Shown: positions 27,747-37,277 of the stretch, piece after piece
Numbering within the stretch: position 1 is the first letter of the stretch
How the letters are laid out: each line of letters opens with the position of its first letter
Assembly: GCA_016934295.1 (NCBI GenBank)
Contig: JAFGTD010000082.1
Coordinates: 72 to 64,071 of the forward strand
From: Acidobacteriota bacterium
GTDB lineage: Bacteria; Acidobacteriota; UBA6911
Reading direction: 5' to 3'
Length of the DNA: 64,000 nucleotides
Program-made: the position numbers and the translations under genes
The notes under the pieces: generated by a model
Database searches by the model: none
Told to the model about the DNA's origin: nothing
Seen by the model: only the letters and a program-made list of their open reading frames with translations

Positions 27747-30011
27747 ATGGCACTCCCCGTCTGGATGGACAACCTCCTCGCCTATTGTCTGCAGATGGCG
27801 ATTCTGGCTGCCGCGGGCACACTGTTGGCGTATATCTTCCGTCTGCGCATTCCGCGGATATCGCTCATCTACTGGCAGGTTCTTCTGATCGCCTGCCTGG
27901 CACTTCCCCTTATGCAGAAGTGGGAAAAACCGGCCGCCGTTTCCACGGATGTCACCATTCAGATGACGGAAATGACAATCCCGAATACGGGTACGGGAGT
28001 GGTTTCATCCCCGCCATCGAGTCCGAAGATATCGGCAACCGATGCCGTTGTGCTGATATTTGCGGCGGGGGCATTGCTGCGGCTGTTTTGGCTGGCCCTC
28101 GGTTTTTACAGGCTGCGCCTGTTATTGCGCCGATCGGAACCGATCGACCGGATGCCGCCTGTCGCCGAAAGAATTTCTTCACTTATCGGTGTTCGGGCGC
28201 GCTTCTATCTGTCCGATGAAACGGACAGTCCCGCTACATTTGGAATCTTCAATCCGACGGTCATCCTGCCCCGGACATTTCCTGAAATGCGCGAGGCCTG
28301 CAGGGAAGCCATCCTTTGCCACGAACTCCTGCACGTACGGCGGCGCGACTGGGCGCTGATATTTATTGAAGAGATGATACGCACCCTTTTCTGGTTTCAT
28401 CCCGCCGTCTGGTGGCTGCTCTCAAGAATCCATCTTACCCGGGAACAGTCCGTGGACCATGAAGTCGTCAGACTGACGGGAAACCGGCAGCCTTACCTGG
28501 ATTCATTGCTGGAAATCGCCCGGAAGCTCGGGCGTCCCAGGGCGGTTCCGGCACCGCTTTTCCTGAGAGAGCGCCACCTGGTCGAGCGGGTCGCTCTGTT
28601 GATAAAGGAGGTTTCCATGAATCGATTGCGATTGGTGCTCAGTTTATCCGGAATAGCCGTGATCCTGGCGGGAACGGTAAGTCTTGCCGCCGGGTGGTTT
28701 CCTCTAACAGGTCCGGCTTTAATTGTCCAGGAAGAGATCTCTGCTGAGAAAATCGATTCTCAACAGGTTCATCTCCCCGACGCTCAGTCAGATCCAACTC
28801 CGGCACCAACACCCCAGACGCAAACCGTTTCCCAACCGATCAGGCTGAAGCAACCGACAGGCAGCGAATCAAACGGTAAGTTCGAGCTGCATTATTCGGA
28901 TGCGGATCTGAGGTCTTTTATTCAGCAGATCTCCGAACTTCTCGGTCTGACGCCGCTGATAATCGATCCGGAGGTACAGGGAACCGCTACCGTTCATAGC
29001 TCGGAGCCGATATCGAAAAGGGAAGTCCTTGACCTGTTTAACCTTACCCTCAAAAACAATAATGTATCTTTGATCAAGCAGAACGGTATTTATCTGGTTG
29101 TACCATTATCCGCCGACCTGAAAACGGATGTCGACAATATCAAACATCAGGCAGCGTACATCACATATGAAACCACGCCGAAGAATTCAGCGATACCTCG
29201 TCAGGAAGAAGGCGGCATAGTGGGGAAAATACCTGGTGGCGTTGTCGGTAGTTTTGTCGGTGTATCAGACGATCCGGGATCGGGAGGAGGGACCGATACC
29301 AGCGAGGGTGCGTTTGTAGGTCCTGGAGAGGGCGGTGGCATGGGGAGTTATTCTTCCCGGCAAACCACGACAAGAATCGGCAGCAATGTTCTCCAATCCA
29401 AACTCATTCACCGGGTCGCACCTGTTTATCCTGAGGAGGCCAAAGCCGGACAAGTCATATTAAATATAACCGTGAATGAAAAGGGCGAAGTCTCGAACGT
29501 TGAAGTGCTTGACGGCGATCCGCTTTACATTGACGCCGTTGTGGCGGCGGTGAAGCAGTGGAAGTACGAACCGACCCTTCTGAACGGCACACCCATTCCG
29601 GTTATCTCCACCATTACTGTAAAACGTAATGTTGTTTCACCCACGCAGTTTGTTTCGCCCACGGAAATACCGATAAATCCGAACCCCGAAAATGCCGAAT
29701 GGATTGACGGCAATGTTCTTCAATCCAAACTCATTCACAAGGTTGATCCCGAGTATCCTGAACTGGCCAGGCGAGCGCGCGTTAAGGGGAAAGTCAATTT
29801 AGCCGTAACTGTAACCGAAGAAGGCTATGTCTCCAACGTTGAAGTGATTGGCGGCCATCCCATGCTCCGGGACGCTGCTGAAAAAGCAGTAAAGCAATGG
29901 AAGTATGAACCGACTGTACTGAATGGCAAAGCGATTCCTGTCATCGCAACGGTTACAGTTGATTTTGTTTTGCCGGAAGATACGGAAACCGACGAGTCCC
30001 CGCCAATGTAA
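27747..30011 (+). CDS. BlaR1-like M56 peptidase fused to a secretin N0-like domain and two TonB C-terminal domains
   Basis: SPATFG...HELLHVRRRD...WFHPAVW...REQSVD (M56); DADLRSFIQQISELLGLT-LIIDPEVQGTATV (GspD N0-like); two YP...VKQWKYEPT.LNG TonB_C repeats. Confidence 0.85.
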   Translation: MALPVWMDNLLAYCLQMAILAAAGTLLAYIFRLRIPRISLIYWQVLLIACLALPLMQKWEKPAAVSTDVTIQMTEMTIPNTGTGVVSSPPSSPKISATDAVVLIFAAGALLRLFWLALGFYRLRLLLRRSEPIDRMPPVAERISSLIGVRARFYLSDETDSPATFGIFNPTVILPRTFPEMREACREAILCHELLHVRRRDWALIFIEEMIRTLFWFHPAVWWLLSRIHLTREQSVDHEVVRLTGNRQPYLDSLLEIARKLGRPRAVPAPLFLRERHLVERVALLIKEVSMNRLRLVLSLSGIAVILAGTVSLAAGWFPLTGPALIVQEEISAEKIDSQQVHLPDAQSDPTPAPTPQTQTVSQPIRLKQPTGSESNGKFELHYSDADLRSFIQQISELLGLTPLIIDPEVQGTATVHSSEPISKREVLDLFNLTLKNNNVSLIKQNGIYLVVPLSADLKTDVDNIKHQAAYITYETTPKNSAIPRQEEGGIVGKIPGGVVGSFVGVSDDPGSGGGTDTSEGAFVGPGEGGGMGSYSSRQTTTRIGSNVLQSKLIHRVAPVYPEEAKAGQVILNITVNEKGEVSNVEVLDGDPLYIDAVVAAVKQWKYEPTLLNGTPIPVISTITVKRNVVSPTQFVSPTEIPINPNPENAEWIDGNVLQSKLIHKVDPEYPELARRARVKGKVNLAVTVTEEGYVSNVEVIGGHPMLRDAAEKAVKQWKYEPTVLNGKAIPVIATVTVDFVLPEDTETDESPPM

Positions 30012-30323
30012 ATTTCAGCGATGTGAAAAAAATAGTCGATATAGCCAGGGGGGCGGGTAAGGATGAAATCGGGTTGGTTACAGCAAAAATCCGTTAGAAC
30101 ATCTATCAGAATTCGATAGAAAGGGGAGGCCTGAACGGTCCGCCCCTTTTTGCATTCCTCCTCTTAAATAGGCCGGTATTACGCTTTGGCTCTCTTGTGT
30201 GAGGTAAATAATGAAACAATCACCCACATAATAAATCCGCGCGGGACAGAGATAATGCCCGGATTCTTCAGGGGAATGAGTGCATCCGCCCGCGGTTATG
30301 TCAGGCATTCCTACGCTTACCGC

Positions 30324-31385
30324 TTATTTCAGGCCCAGATCCTTCATCTTTGCCGGCGTAAACACCCCGCGTCGGATCAGTTTGTCAATGAGTTGCTCGC
30401 AGAAGTCACAATCAATACATTCCCGATCGCACGAAGTGACTTTTTCGAAAAATCCCACGGCATCGAGACTGTGGTTGTCCAGGTGTGTCAGGTAGGACAT
30501 CCCGTAGGAATAAAGGTTGCCCGCCATCAGTTCGAGGAGATCCCCGTCCCAGGCTTGCTGCATATACGCTTCCAGGGATCGGCAAATCATGGTTTTTGAA
30601 CTGGTTCGTCCCACCAGCTTGAAAAAGGTGGCAATTTCTCCATACCGTTCCAGGTCTTCAGGGCGGATCCATCCGGACTTAAGTAATTGAGAAGGATCGC
30701 TTTTCGTCAGTTGAATGCAGTTGAGGCTGAAGACATTGTCCTCGCCCTTAGTCCCGTCCGATCCGGGATTTCTCGACTTGTGCGAAATAAAATTGAAGTG
30801 AAACTTTCGAAAAGGGCATTTAAACAGGCAGCCCTCATTGACCATTAATTTGAGCTCCAACCCCGTTTTTTCCCTGATCTTTTTCAGAAGGCAAAGGTTG
30901 CGATTGATGTTTACGTCGGGCGTGATGGCGTCGGCGCCCGCCTTTTTAAAGATAACGGCCTTATGGAGGCAATCGATATCGCTCAGAACGGAGGCGCAGA
31001 TCTCCACCTGCGGGAAACGCCTCCGGACCTCCCTGATATACATTGGATTCGCAATGGTTATGGCTTCCACACCACAGTCTTCGAAAACCCGATTCAGGTA
31101 ATCCATAGTATCGTTCAATACATTGGACGCGTACCAGTCGCTTCCTTCACAAGTAGAGTTCAGCAGCAGATTAACCCGTATCCCCTCCCGATGGATCCTG
31201 TTTACGGCATCCGCGAAATCATTGAACGACTGTGCCGGAGATATCCGACCCGAACCGGCATACTCCTGGGGACCGGAAAGATAGATTTCCCTTATGAGAT
31301 TCGCGTTACACTCTTTCCATTTGAAAATTTCCGTCAGTGTCTCGGGATCGTTATTGTAGGGAACAGAAAATTCGAGGGCGCCCAT
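30324..31385 (-). CDS. Peptidase U32 family protein (Fe-S hydroxylation-type family)
   Basis: MVNEGCLFKCPFRKFH, C...WIRPEDL, FKLVGR, C-terminal CDRECIDCDFC. Confidence 0.85.
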   Translation of the reverse strand: MGALEFSVPYNNDPETLTEIFKWKECNANLIREIYLSGPQEYAGSGRISPAQSFNDFADAVNRIHREGIRVNLLLNSTCEGSDWYASNVLNDTMDYLNRVFEDCGVEAITIANPMYIREVRRRFPQVEICASVLSDIDCLHKAVIFKKAGADAITPDVNINRNLCLLKKIREKTGLELKLMVNEGCLFKCPFRKFHFNFISHKSRNPGSDGTKGEDNVFSLNCIQLTKSDPSQLLKSGWIRPEDLERYGEIATFFKLVGRTSSKTMICRSLEAYMQQAWDGDLLELMAGNLYSYGMSYLTHLDNHSLDAVGFFEKVTSCDRECIDCDFCEQLIDKLIRRGVFTPAKMKDLGLK

Positions 31386-31522
31386 GAAATCCTCTCCGAT
31401 AGAAAGCCGGAAGTCCATTCTCCGACCTGAATAATGCAGAATGATACATCTATATCGATGTCGGTAAATGTTATTTTATTTTCAGGGAGGGTTTTTATGC
31501 AAAGCCCGGAACGGCAGTATCT

Positions 31523-32068
31523 TCAGATAAACATCTCTTCATCATCCTCCTGTTGAACAGTTTCGGACTGCCGAACAGCTTCGGATGAATTTCTGCGGCG
31601 TTTAAAAAGAAAATTAAAACCCGCCCGTATTCCGCGGGTAACAGCTGTTATTTCATTTACAGGGACCAGAATACCGTCATGGATTATCTCCAGCAGTTCT
31701 TCGGCGCGATTTGCGGCCAATTCGATCCGGTCCTTCATTTTTTCAACTTCCGATCGAGCGGTATCGGTGGTCTCCTCAAAAAAGTCGTCCACCTTGACAA
31801 CTCTTTGATGCAGGATTTCGGCGGCATCGACCACTTTATCCTTAACGGGTATAAAACCGTTCCCGATGTCCTGAATAGTGGCCAGGGTTTCTTCCGCCTT
31901 TACGGTGACTTTGTCGACATTCTTAAGCAGATCCTTGCTTATTCCGTCAACCCGGTCAACCAACCGGCGGAAAGTCTTATACATCCCGAAAAAGATAAGG
32001 GTCTGCATAAGAACCGCGACCGCCAGGATTCCGGTAAAAATCACCAGGAGGATTTCTTGGGTTTGCAT
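31523..32068 (-). CDS. Membrane-anchored coiled-coil protein (DUF948-like)
   Basis: N-terminal TM helix followed by a long amphipathic helix; follows the YtxH gene as in YtxG/YtxH-like pairs. Confidence 0.55.
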   Translation of the reverse strand: MQTQEILLVIFTGILAVAVLMQTLIFFGMYKTFRRLVDRVDGISKDLLKNVDKVTVKAEETLATIQDIGNGFIPVKDKVVDAAEILHQRVVKVDDFFEETTDTARSEVEKMKDRIELAANRAEELLEIIHDGILVPVNEITAVTRGIRAGFNFLFKRRRNSSEAVRQSETVQQEDDEEMFI

Positions 32069-32074
32069 CTGGTT

Positions 32075-32371
32075 TTATACTTTCTCTTTTTCTTCCCGAT
32101 ATGCTTTTTTGCCGGCTTCAAGGGCGGCGTTCAGTGAATCCTTCTGCTGCTGGACGATTTCTTTCCCGCGGTCGAGATATTCCGAAGTTTTTTCCGCAAC
32201 CGCTTTGCCCTGTGAAGAAATGGTATCAGCCCTTTCCCGGGCTTTTGACAGGATGATCTTCCGGGTTTCCTCGCCGCTTTTGGGGGCCAATAAAAGGGCG
32301 GTTGCCGCTCCGATTACAGCACCCAGCATCAGATATAAGAGTTTTTCTCCGGCACCAGTTTGTTCACTCAT
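32075..32371 (-). CDS. YtxH domain protein
   Basis: GAVIGAATALLLAPKSGEETR motif. Confidence 0.9.
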   Translation of the reverse strand: MSEQTGAGEKLLYLMLGAVIGAATALLLAPKSGEETRKIILSKARERADTISSQGKAVAEKTSEYLDRGKEIVQQQKDSLNAALEAGKKAYREEKEKV

Positions 32372-32614
32372 TGGATTCTCCTCTGATTATAATAATTCTG
32401 ATAACATGCACCGGCGTCAATTGTCAAATTCCAAATCCGGCATCCAAGGCAATGTTATCTCCATATAGAGCAATTTCCCGTTATTTAATCGTATTCCCTG
32501 ACGTCGGCAAATAGCAAGAGTGAATGATACAGGAAATTTCATGAAATATCGGATGCAGGCCTCAGGTCGGGAAGAGGATTCCGAGCTTCCCGTAATCGAA
32601 CCGTCCACCCGGTT

Positions 32615-32637
32615 TTCAATCTTCAATCTTCAATCTT
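32615..32637. repeat. Perfect 7-nt tandem repeat (TTCAATC)x3
   Basis: ttcaatc ttcaatc ttcaatc tt; a degenerate 7-mer triplet also lies at about 32416-32438. Confidence 0.8.
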
Positions 32638-32759
32638 TTTATACCTGATCGACAGGAAGATTCTAAATTAATCCCATTTTACAAAAATTTTTAACCCGAC
32701 CGCCGGCATGCAACTATCCGGGAGCACCTTTGTAACTTCTTGGTTTATAATGATTCGCC

Positions 32760-33425
32760 ATGACGACAAAAAAAAAGAAATCCGTATCGAAACAGGCGGA
32801 CCGCATGGAACGGATCCTGGAGCAATTTGACCGCACATACCCCGATGCCCAATGCGCCCTTCACTTCAGCACTCCGCTGGAACTGTTGGTAGCCACAATC
32901 CTGTCCGCGCAATGCACGGATGAAAGGGTCAACATTGTTACACAGGATCTGTTCAAAAAGTACAAGTCTCCGGGCGATTATGCCGGCGCAAAAACCGAAA
33001 TACTGGAGCAGGACATCCGGTCCACAGGTTTCTTCCGCAACAAAACCAAAAATATTCAGGGAGCCTGCCGGAAGATTCTGGATACATTCGGAGGAACCGT
33101 TCCGGATACGATGGATGCGCTGCTGCAGCTTCCCGGGGTTGCACGCAAAACGGCCAATGTGGTTTTGGGCGTTGCTTTCAAGAAAGCTACAGGCGTCGTG
33201 GTCGACACGCATGTCTTTCGAGTCTCCAGGAGACTCGATCTTTCAACCGCAAAAACACCGGAAAATATCGAACGGGACCTGATGCGGATCCTGCCGCAAA
33301 GCAGGTGGATCGCTTTTTCCCACCAGACCATTCTTTTTGGCAGGCAGATATGCAAGGCCAGAAAGCCGCTCTGTCCCCAATGTCCGGTCGAAGATTTATG
33401 CGCCTCCCCCGACAAAACAATGTAG
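32760..33425 (+). CDS. nth: Endonuclease III
   Basis: LSAQCTD, HhH LPGVARKTANV, VVDTHV, CKARKPLCPQCPVEDLC. Confidence 0.97.
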   Translation: MTTKKKKSVSKQADRMERILEQFDRTYPDAQCALHFSTPLELLVATILSAQCTDERVNIVTQDLFKKYKSPGDYAGAKTEILEQDIRSTGFFRNKTKNIQGACRKILDTFGGTVPDTMDALLQLPGVARKTANVVLGVAFKKATGVVVDTHVFRVSRRLDLSTAKTPENIERDLMRILPQSRWIAFSHQTILFGRQICKARKPLCPQCPVEDLCASPDKTM

Positions 33426-33498
33426 GGGCGAACCTTGTGTTCGCCCCTATGCTGTTGGCGAAGTCGGATCAAGGGCGAACACAAGGTTCGCCCCTACA
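33421..33498. repeat. REP-like doublet (perfect 26-bp inverted pair)
   Basis: TGTAGGGGCGAACCTTGTGTTCGCCC ... GGGCGAACACAAGGTTCGCCCCTACA between convergent genes. Confidence 0.9.
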
Positions 33499-33510
33499 GT
33501 CAACCCGATA

Positions 33511-34851
33511 TTACCCTACCAACACGATATGCAGATCCATCACATTGGTCCGCGTCGGACCTGTAATGATCAGGTCCCCGAGACGTTTGAAGAAGGTGTA
33601 GGAATCATTATTGCCGAGAGATTCTTTAAGAAATGAAGGCCCGTATTTCAACGAGCGGGTAAGGGTTGAGTTGTCGGCCACGGCCCCGGCGGCATCGGTA
33701 GGCCCATCGGTGCCGTCCGTTCCCAGGCTGGCTACAAGCGCCGGTGCCTGCAGTCCAGCCAGATACGGCACACAATGCAGCGCGAACTCCTGGTTGCGTC
33801 CCCCGCGGCCGTTTCCGGCAATATTAACCGTTGTTTCTCCTCCGCTGATTATACAGGCGGGGCGTCTCAACGGCCTGTCCTGCTGCACGACTTCCTTCAG
33901 GATACCCATATGAAACCTGGCCGCCGATTCATTGTCCCCCTCAAGCCGGCTTGTAAGGACCATGCTCCGGTATCCCATCCGCTTTGCCGCTTTTAAAGCA
34001 GCCGTACACGCCAGTGCGCTGTTACCGACTATGAGGAAACGGGATCCCCGGAAAACGGGATCCCCGGGTTTCGCCGTCTCCTCAAGCCGTCCGGCACACC
34101 CCTGTTCCATGCGCGTCAACACAGCAGGGGGAATCCGATCGGAAATCCCCAGCTTTTGGAATACTTCCATGCAGTCGGAAAATGTAGTCGGATCCGGCGC
34201 CGACGGTCCCGAAGCGATGGTAGCGATATCGTCACCGACAACATCCGACAGGGCCAGAACAACAACACCGGCATGACTTAATAAACGGGCCAGTCCTCCA
34301 CCTTTCAGCCTGGACAGGTGTTTTCGGACACTGTTCAATTCATGGATGGAAGCGCCGGCATTCATTAAAATCTCGGAACACCGCAGTTTGTCCTCCAGGG
34401 TAATCCCGTCCGCAGGCGAAACCACAAGAGAGGAGGCTCCGCCGGAAAACACGCAGATCACCAGGTCGCCCGGTTCGACTCTGTTTTCAACAAAAGAGTG
34501 TATCCGCTCCGCCGAAGCCAGGCTGTTTTTATCCGGAAGAGGATGCCCGGCTTCCATGATATCAATTTTTTTCAGAGCAAGACCGTGCTCATATTTTGTT
34601 GTCAGGAATCCTCCGGACAGGTATTTCCCCAGGATCTTTTCCAGGGCTTTTCCCATCGGAGCCGCCGCTTTCCCCGCCCCCAGAATCCAGACATTCCGTA
34701 TCGTATCGAGGTCAAAGCGGTACTGCTCGACCTGCAGGATCTTCTTCCGGCGCCTCACATATTTCCGAACCGCGGCTTCGGGATCAACCGCCTGCAACGC
34801 AGCCGTCCATATGTTCGCGGCATCGGAACGAAGAACGCGTAAGGGTTTCAC
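33511..34851 (-). CDS. Glycerate kinase type-2 (MOFRL/DUF4147, TtuD-like)
   Basis: GAGKAA, EAGHPLPD, SGGASSL, SDVVGDD..IASGP, GGETTV, GGRNQE, GTDGTDG, TRTNVMD. Confidence 0.93.
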   Translation of the reverse strand: MKPLRVLRSDAANIWTAALQAVDPEAAVRKYVRRRKKILQVEQYRFDLDTIRNVWILGAGKAAAPMGKALEKILGKYLSGGFLTTKYEHGLALKKIDIMEAGHPLPDKNSLASAERIHSFVENRVEPGDLVICVFSGGASSLVVSPADGITLEDKLRCSEILMNAGASIHELNSVRKHLSRLKGGGLARLLSHAGVVVLALSDVVGDDIATIASGPSAPDPTTFSDCMEVFQKLGISDRIPPAVLTRMEQGCAGRLEETAKPGDPVFRGSRFLIVGNSALACTAALKAAKRMGYRSMVLTSRLEGDNESAARFHMGILKEVVQQDRPLRRPACIISGGETTVNIAGNGRGGRNQEFALHCVPYLAGLQAPALVASLGTDGTDGPTDAAGAVADNSTLTRSLKYGPSFLKESLGNNDSYTFFKRLGDLIITGPTRTNVMDLHIVLVG

Positions 34852-35888
34852 TGTTTTTCCAGAGAGGACTGATCGGAATTACGGAACACCTTGTCGTAAA
34901 GGTCCGCGAATATGGTAACGACCTGAGGATCGAACTGCGAGGAAGCGCATTGTGCCAGCTCCTTGATCGCCTCCTGGGGGGATCGCGGCATTCGATAAGG
35001 CCGCCAGACAGTCATGGCATCAAAAGCCTCGACGACGCCAATAATCCGGGCGCCCAGCGGAATGAGATTTCCTTTCAAACCGTCCGGATACCCGGTACCG
35101 TCATAGCGCTCACGGTTGTGGCGAATGGATTTCAGCACTTCCTCATCCCCCAGGATGGGGCGCAACACATCTTCCGCCAGTGCCGATCTCTCCTGAAAAT
35201 GGCGGTGTTCCTCAGGGGTAAGGGAGGTCTGCTTGTTTAACAGGACATCCTCCACAAGAATCATTCCGACATCATGAAGCAGGGCCGCGAGATAGACCTT
35301 CCGCACCCCGTCATCCGTCATCCGGAGCTCTCTCGCAACATAGCGCGACTTCTCCGCGACCCGCAGTGCGTGGCCCACGTTGAACGGAATTTTCAGATCG
35401 AGGAGATGAATCAACACCTGCGTCATGGAATAGAACAGGCGGCGGGTTTCCGCGGCTCGCTCATCGGCCATCTGGACAAGATATCGCTGGTATTCCCGGT
35501 TGGCGTTCTCCAGCCGTCGCTTGTCAAGCGCACGATTGGCCGACAGCAACACCTGCTCAAGGTTAAAGGGCTTGATTATGTAATCATAGGCGCCCATATG
35601 CATGCTCTGAATCGCCATACTGGCGCTGTCCAGCGCAGTGATGATGAGAACAACAACATCGGGGTATGCCTTCTTGATATCCTGCAGCAACTCCGTTCCC
35701 TGCTTTCCGGGCATCCGTATGTCCGTAAATGCCAGATCAAAATTCTGGGAAGCGAGAGCATTAAGAGCGGATCCGGCATCGCCTGCCGTAACGCAATCAA
35801 ATCCCGCATCCTCGAGAGTTGCCTTCAGAATCTCCTGTATATAAATCTCATCATCTACAATCAGAACCTGTCCTTTATTTTTGTCCAT
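34848..35888 (-). CDS. Response regulator with a degenerate HD-GYP output domain
   Basis: REC: LIVDDE, FTDIRMPG, YIIKPF; output domain: HALRV, HDVGM, HNRERYDGTGYP. Confidence 0.9.
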   Translation of the reverse strand: MDKNKGQVLIVDDEIYIQEILKATLEDAGFDCVTAGDAGSALNALASQNFDLAFTDIRMPGKQGTELLQDIKKAYPDVVVLIITALDSASMAIQSMHMGAYDYIIKPFNLEQVLLSANRALDKRRLENANREYQRYLVQMADERAAETRRLFYSMTQVLIHLLDLKIPFNVGHALRVAEKSRYVARELRMTDDGVRKVYLAALLHDVGMILVEDVLLNKQTSLTPEEHRHFQERSALAEDVLRPILGDEEVLKSIRHNRERYDGTGYPDGLKGNLIPLGARIIGVVEAFDAMTVWRPYRMPRSPQEAIKELAQCASSQFDPQVVTIFADLYDKVFRNSDQSSLEKQ

Positions 35889-35909
35889 AATGGCACCAGG
35901 ATCCATTTC

Positions 35910-37184
35910 CTAAAACGGATCGGAAATCGCAGAGGCAACGATATTTGCAACAACACTGCGCAGATGATTCATGTTCTTCCCGCCATTGGGATGCACACGA
36001 TTACTCAGGATAACCACGAAAGTTTCCGTCGGCGGGTGAATCCATAAAGAGGTTCCGGTAAAGCCTGTGTGTCCGTATCCCCCCCCGAAAATATCCCCGC
36101 GCGGTGAAGAATAATCAGTCCGGATGTCCCATCCATATCCCCTCAATTGCACGGAACCGGGAGGCGATTGCGGCCGGCTCATTGCCTGGACGGTTATCGG
36201 TGACAGAAGACGCCCGCCGCTGTACTTTCCCCTGTCGAGCAGCATTTGGGCATACACGGCCAGGTCTTTTGCGCTGGAAAACAGTCCTGCATGCCCGGCA
36301 ACGCCTCCCATTCTATAAGCGGTCGGATCGTGTACTTCTCCGCGAAGCATTTTATCCAGATCCGTCTTCGAACTCCTTGCGTGCAGATACAGCAGGGTGT
36401 TTCCTCGCGACTCGGTGGGTGCAATGCGTCCGACCACGTCCGAAGTCGGACGGTAACAGGTATCCGTCATGCCCAGCGGATTGAATATGTTTTCCCGGGC
36501 GAACACATCGATTGTTTTGCCGCTCACCGCATGAATGATCTCGCCCAAAGCGATGAAATTGACATCACTGTAAACGAACTCCTTGCCCGGCTTGAAATCC
36601 ACCCGAAGTTTCCATAATTCCTCCAGCGATTCATCGTATCCGAACCATCCTTTTGAAAGATCCAAATCCGCCGGAAGGCCGGAATAGTGCGTCAACAGAT
36701 GGCTTACGGTAATGTCATCCTTCCCCCCTCCTTTAAAACGGGGAAGGTATCGATACACCGGATCGCCAATTCTGAGGAGCCCGTTTTCAACGAGAAGCAT
36801 AATCGACGGCGTTGTTGCCAGAACTTTAGTCAATGACGATACATCAAAAATTGTATCCTTCGTCATGAGTTCCTTTTTCGGCTGCAATGATCGATTCCCG
36901 AAAGCTTTGAAATATTCGATCCTGCCTTGCCGGCTCACGAGAACAACCGCTCCGGGAACTTCCCCCTCGGAGATCGCCGCCTCAACGGCCGAGTCTATCC
37001 GTTCCAGACGGCCCGGAATAATTCCGTTCTGCTGCATATCATTCTGAGCCGTATCCCGTCCGGATTCATTAGCCGATAATATCGGCGCCTGATAATGAAC
37101 GATTATCCCGGCAATCAACAGGCAAACCGCCACAGATGCGCACACGATTATGTTTCTGATCCGCCACATTTTACGTCCCGTCAT
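35910..37184 (-). CDS. Serine hydrolase (beta-lactamase class C-like), exported
   Basis: FDVSSLTK (SxxK), LLTHYSGL, FVYSD, GHAGLFS, GHTGFTG. Confidence 0.9.
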   Translation of the reverse strand: MTGRKMWRIRNIIVCASVAVCLLIAGIIVHYQAPILSANESGRDTAQNDMQQNGIIPGRLERIDSAVEAAISEGEVPGAVVLVSRQGRIEYFKAFGNRSLQPKKELMTKDTIFDVSSLTKVLATTPSIMLLVENGLLRIGDPVYRYLPRFKGGGKDDITVSHLLTHYSGLPADLDLSKGWFGYDESLEELWKLRVDFKPGKEFVYSDVNFIALGEIIHAVSGKTIDVFARENIFNPLGMTDTCYRPTSDVVGRIAPTESRGNTLLYLHARSSKTDLDKMLRGEVHDPTAYRMGGVAGHAGLFSSAKDLAVYAQMLLDRGKYSGGRLLSPITVQAMSRPQSPPGSVQLRGYGWDIRTDYSSPRGDIFGGGYGHTGFTGTSLWIHPPTETFVVILSNRVHPNGGKNMNHLRSVVANIVASAISDPF

Positions 37185-37277
37185 AAACCGTCACCTTTTG
37201 AGCCATCATCATAAACCACAGGAGATATCCATGACCTCCATTTTTTAGAAATTCTTTAAGGATCCACGAATACGGAA

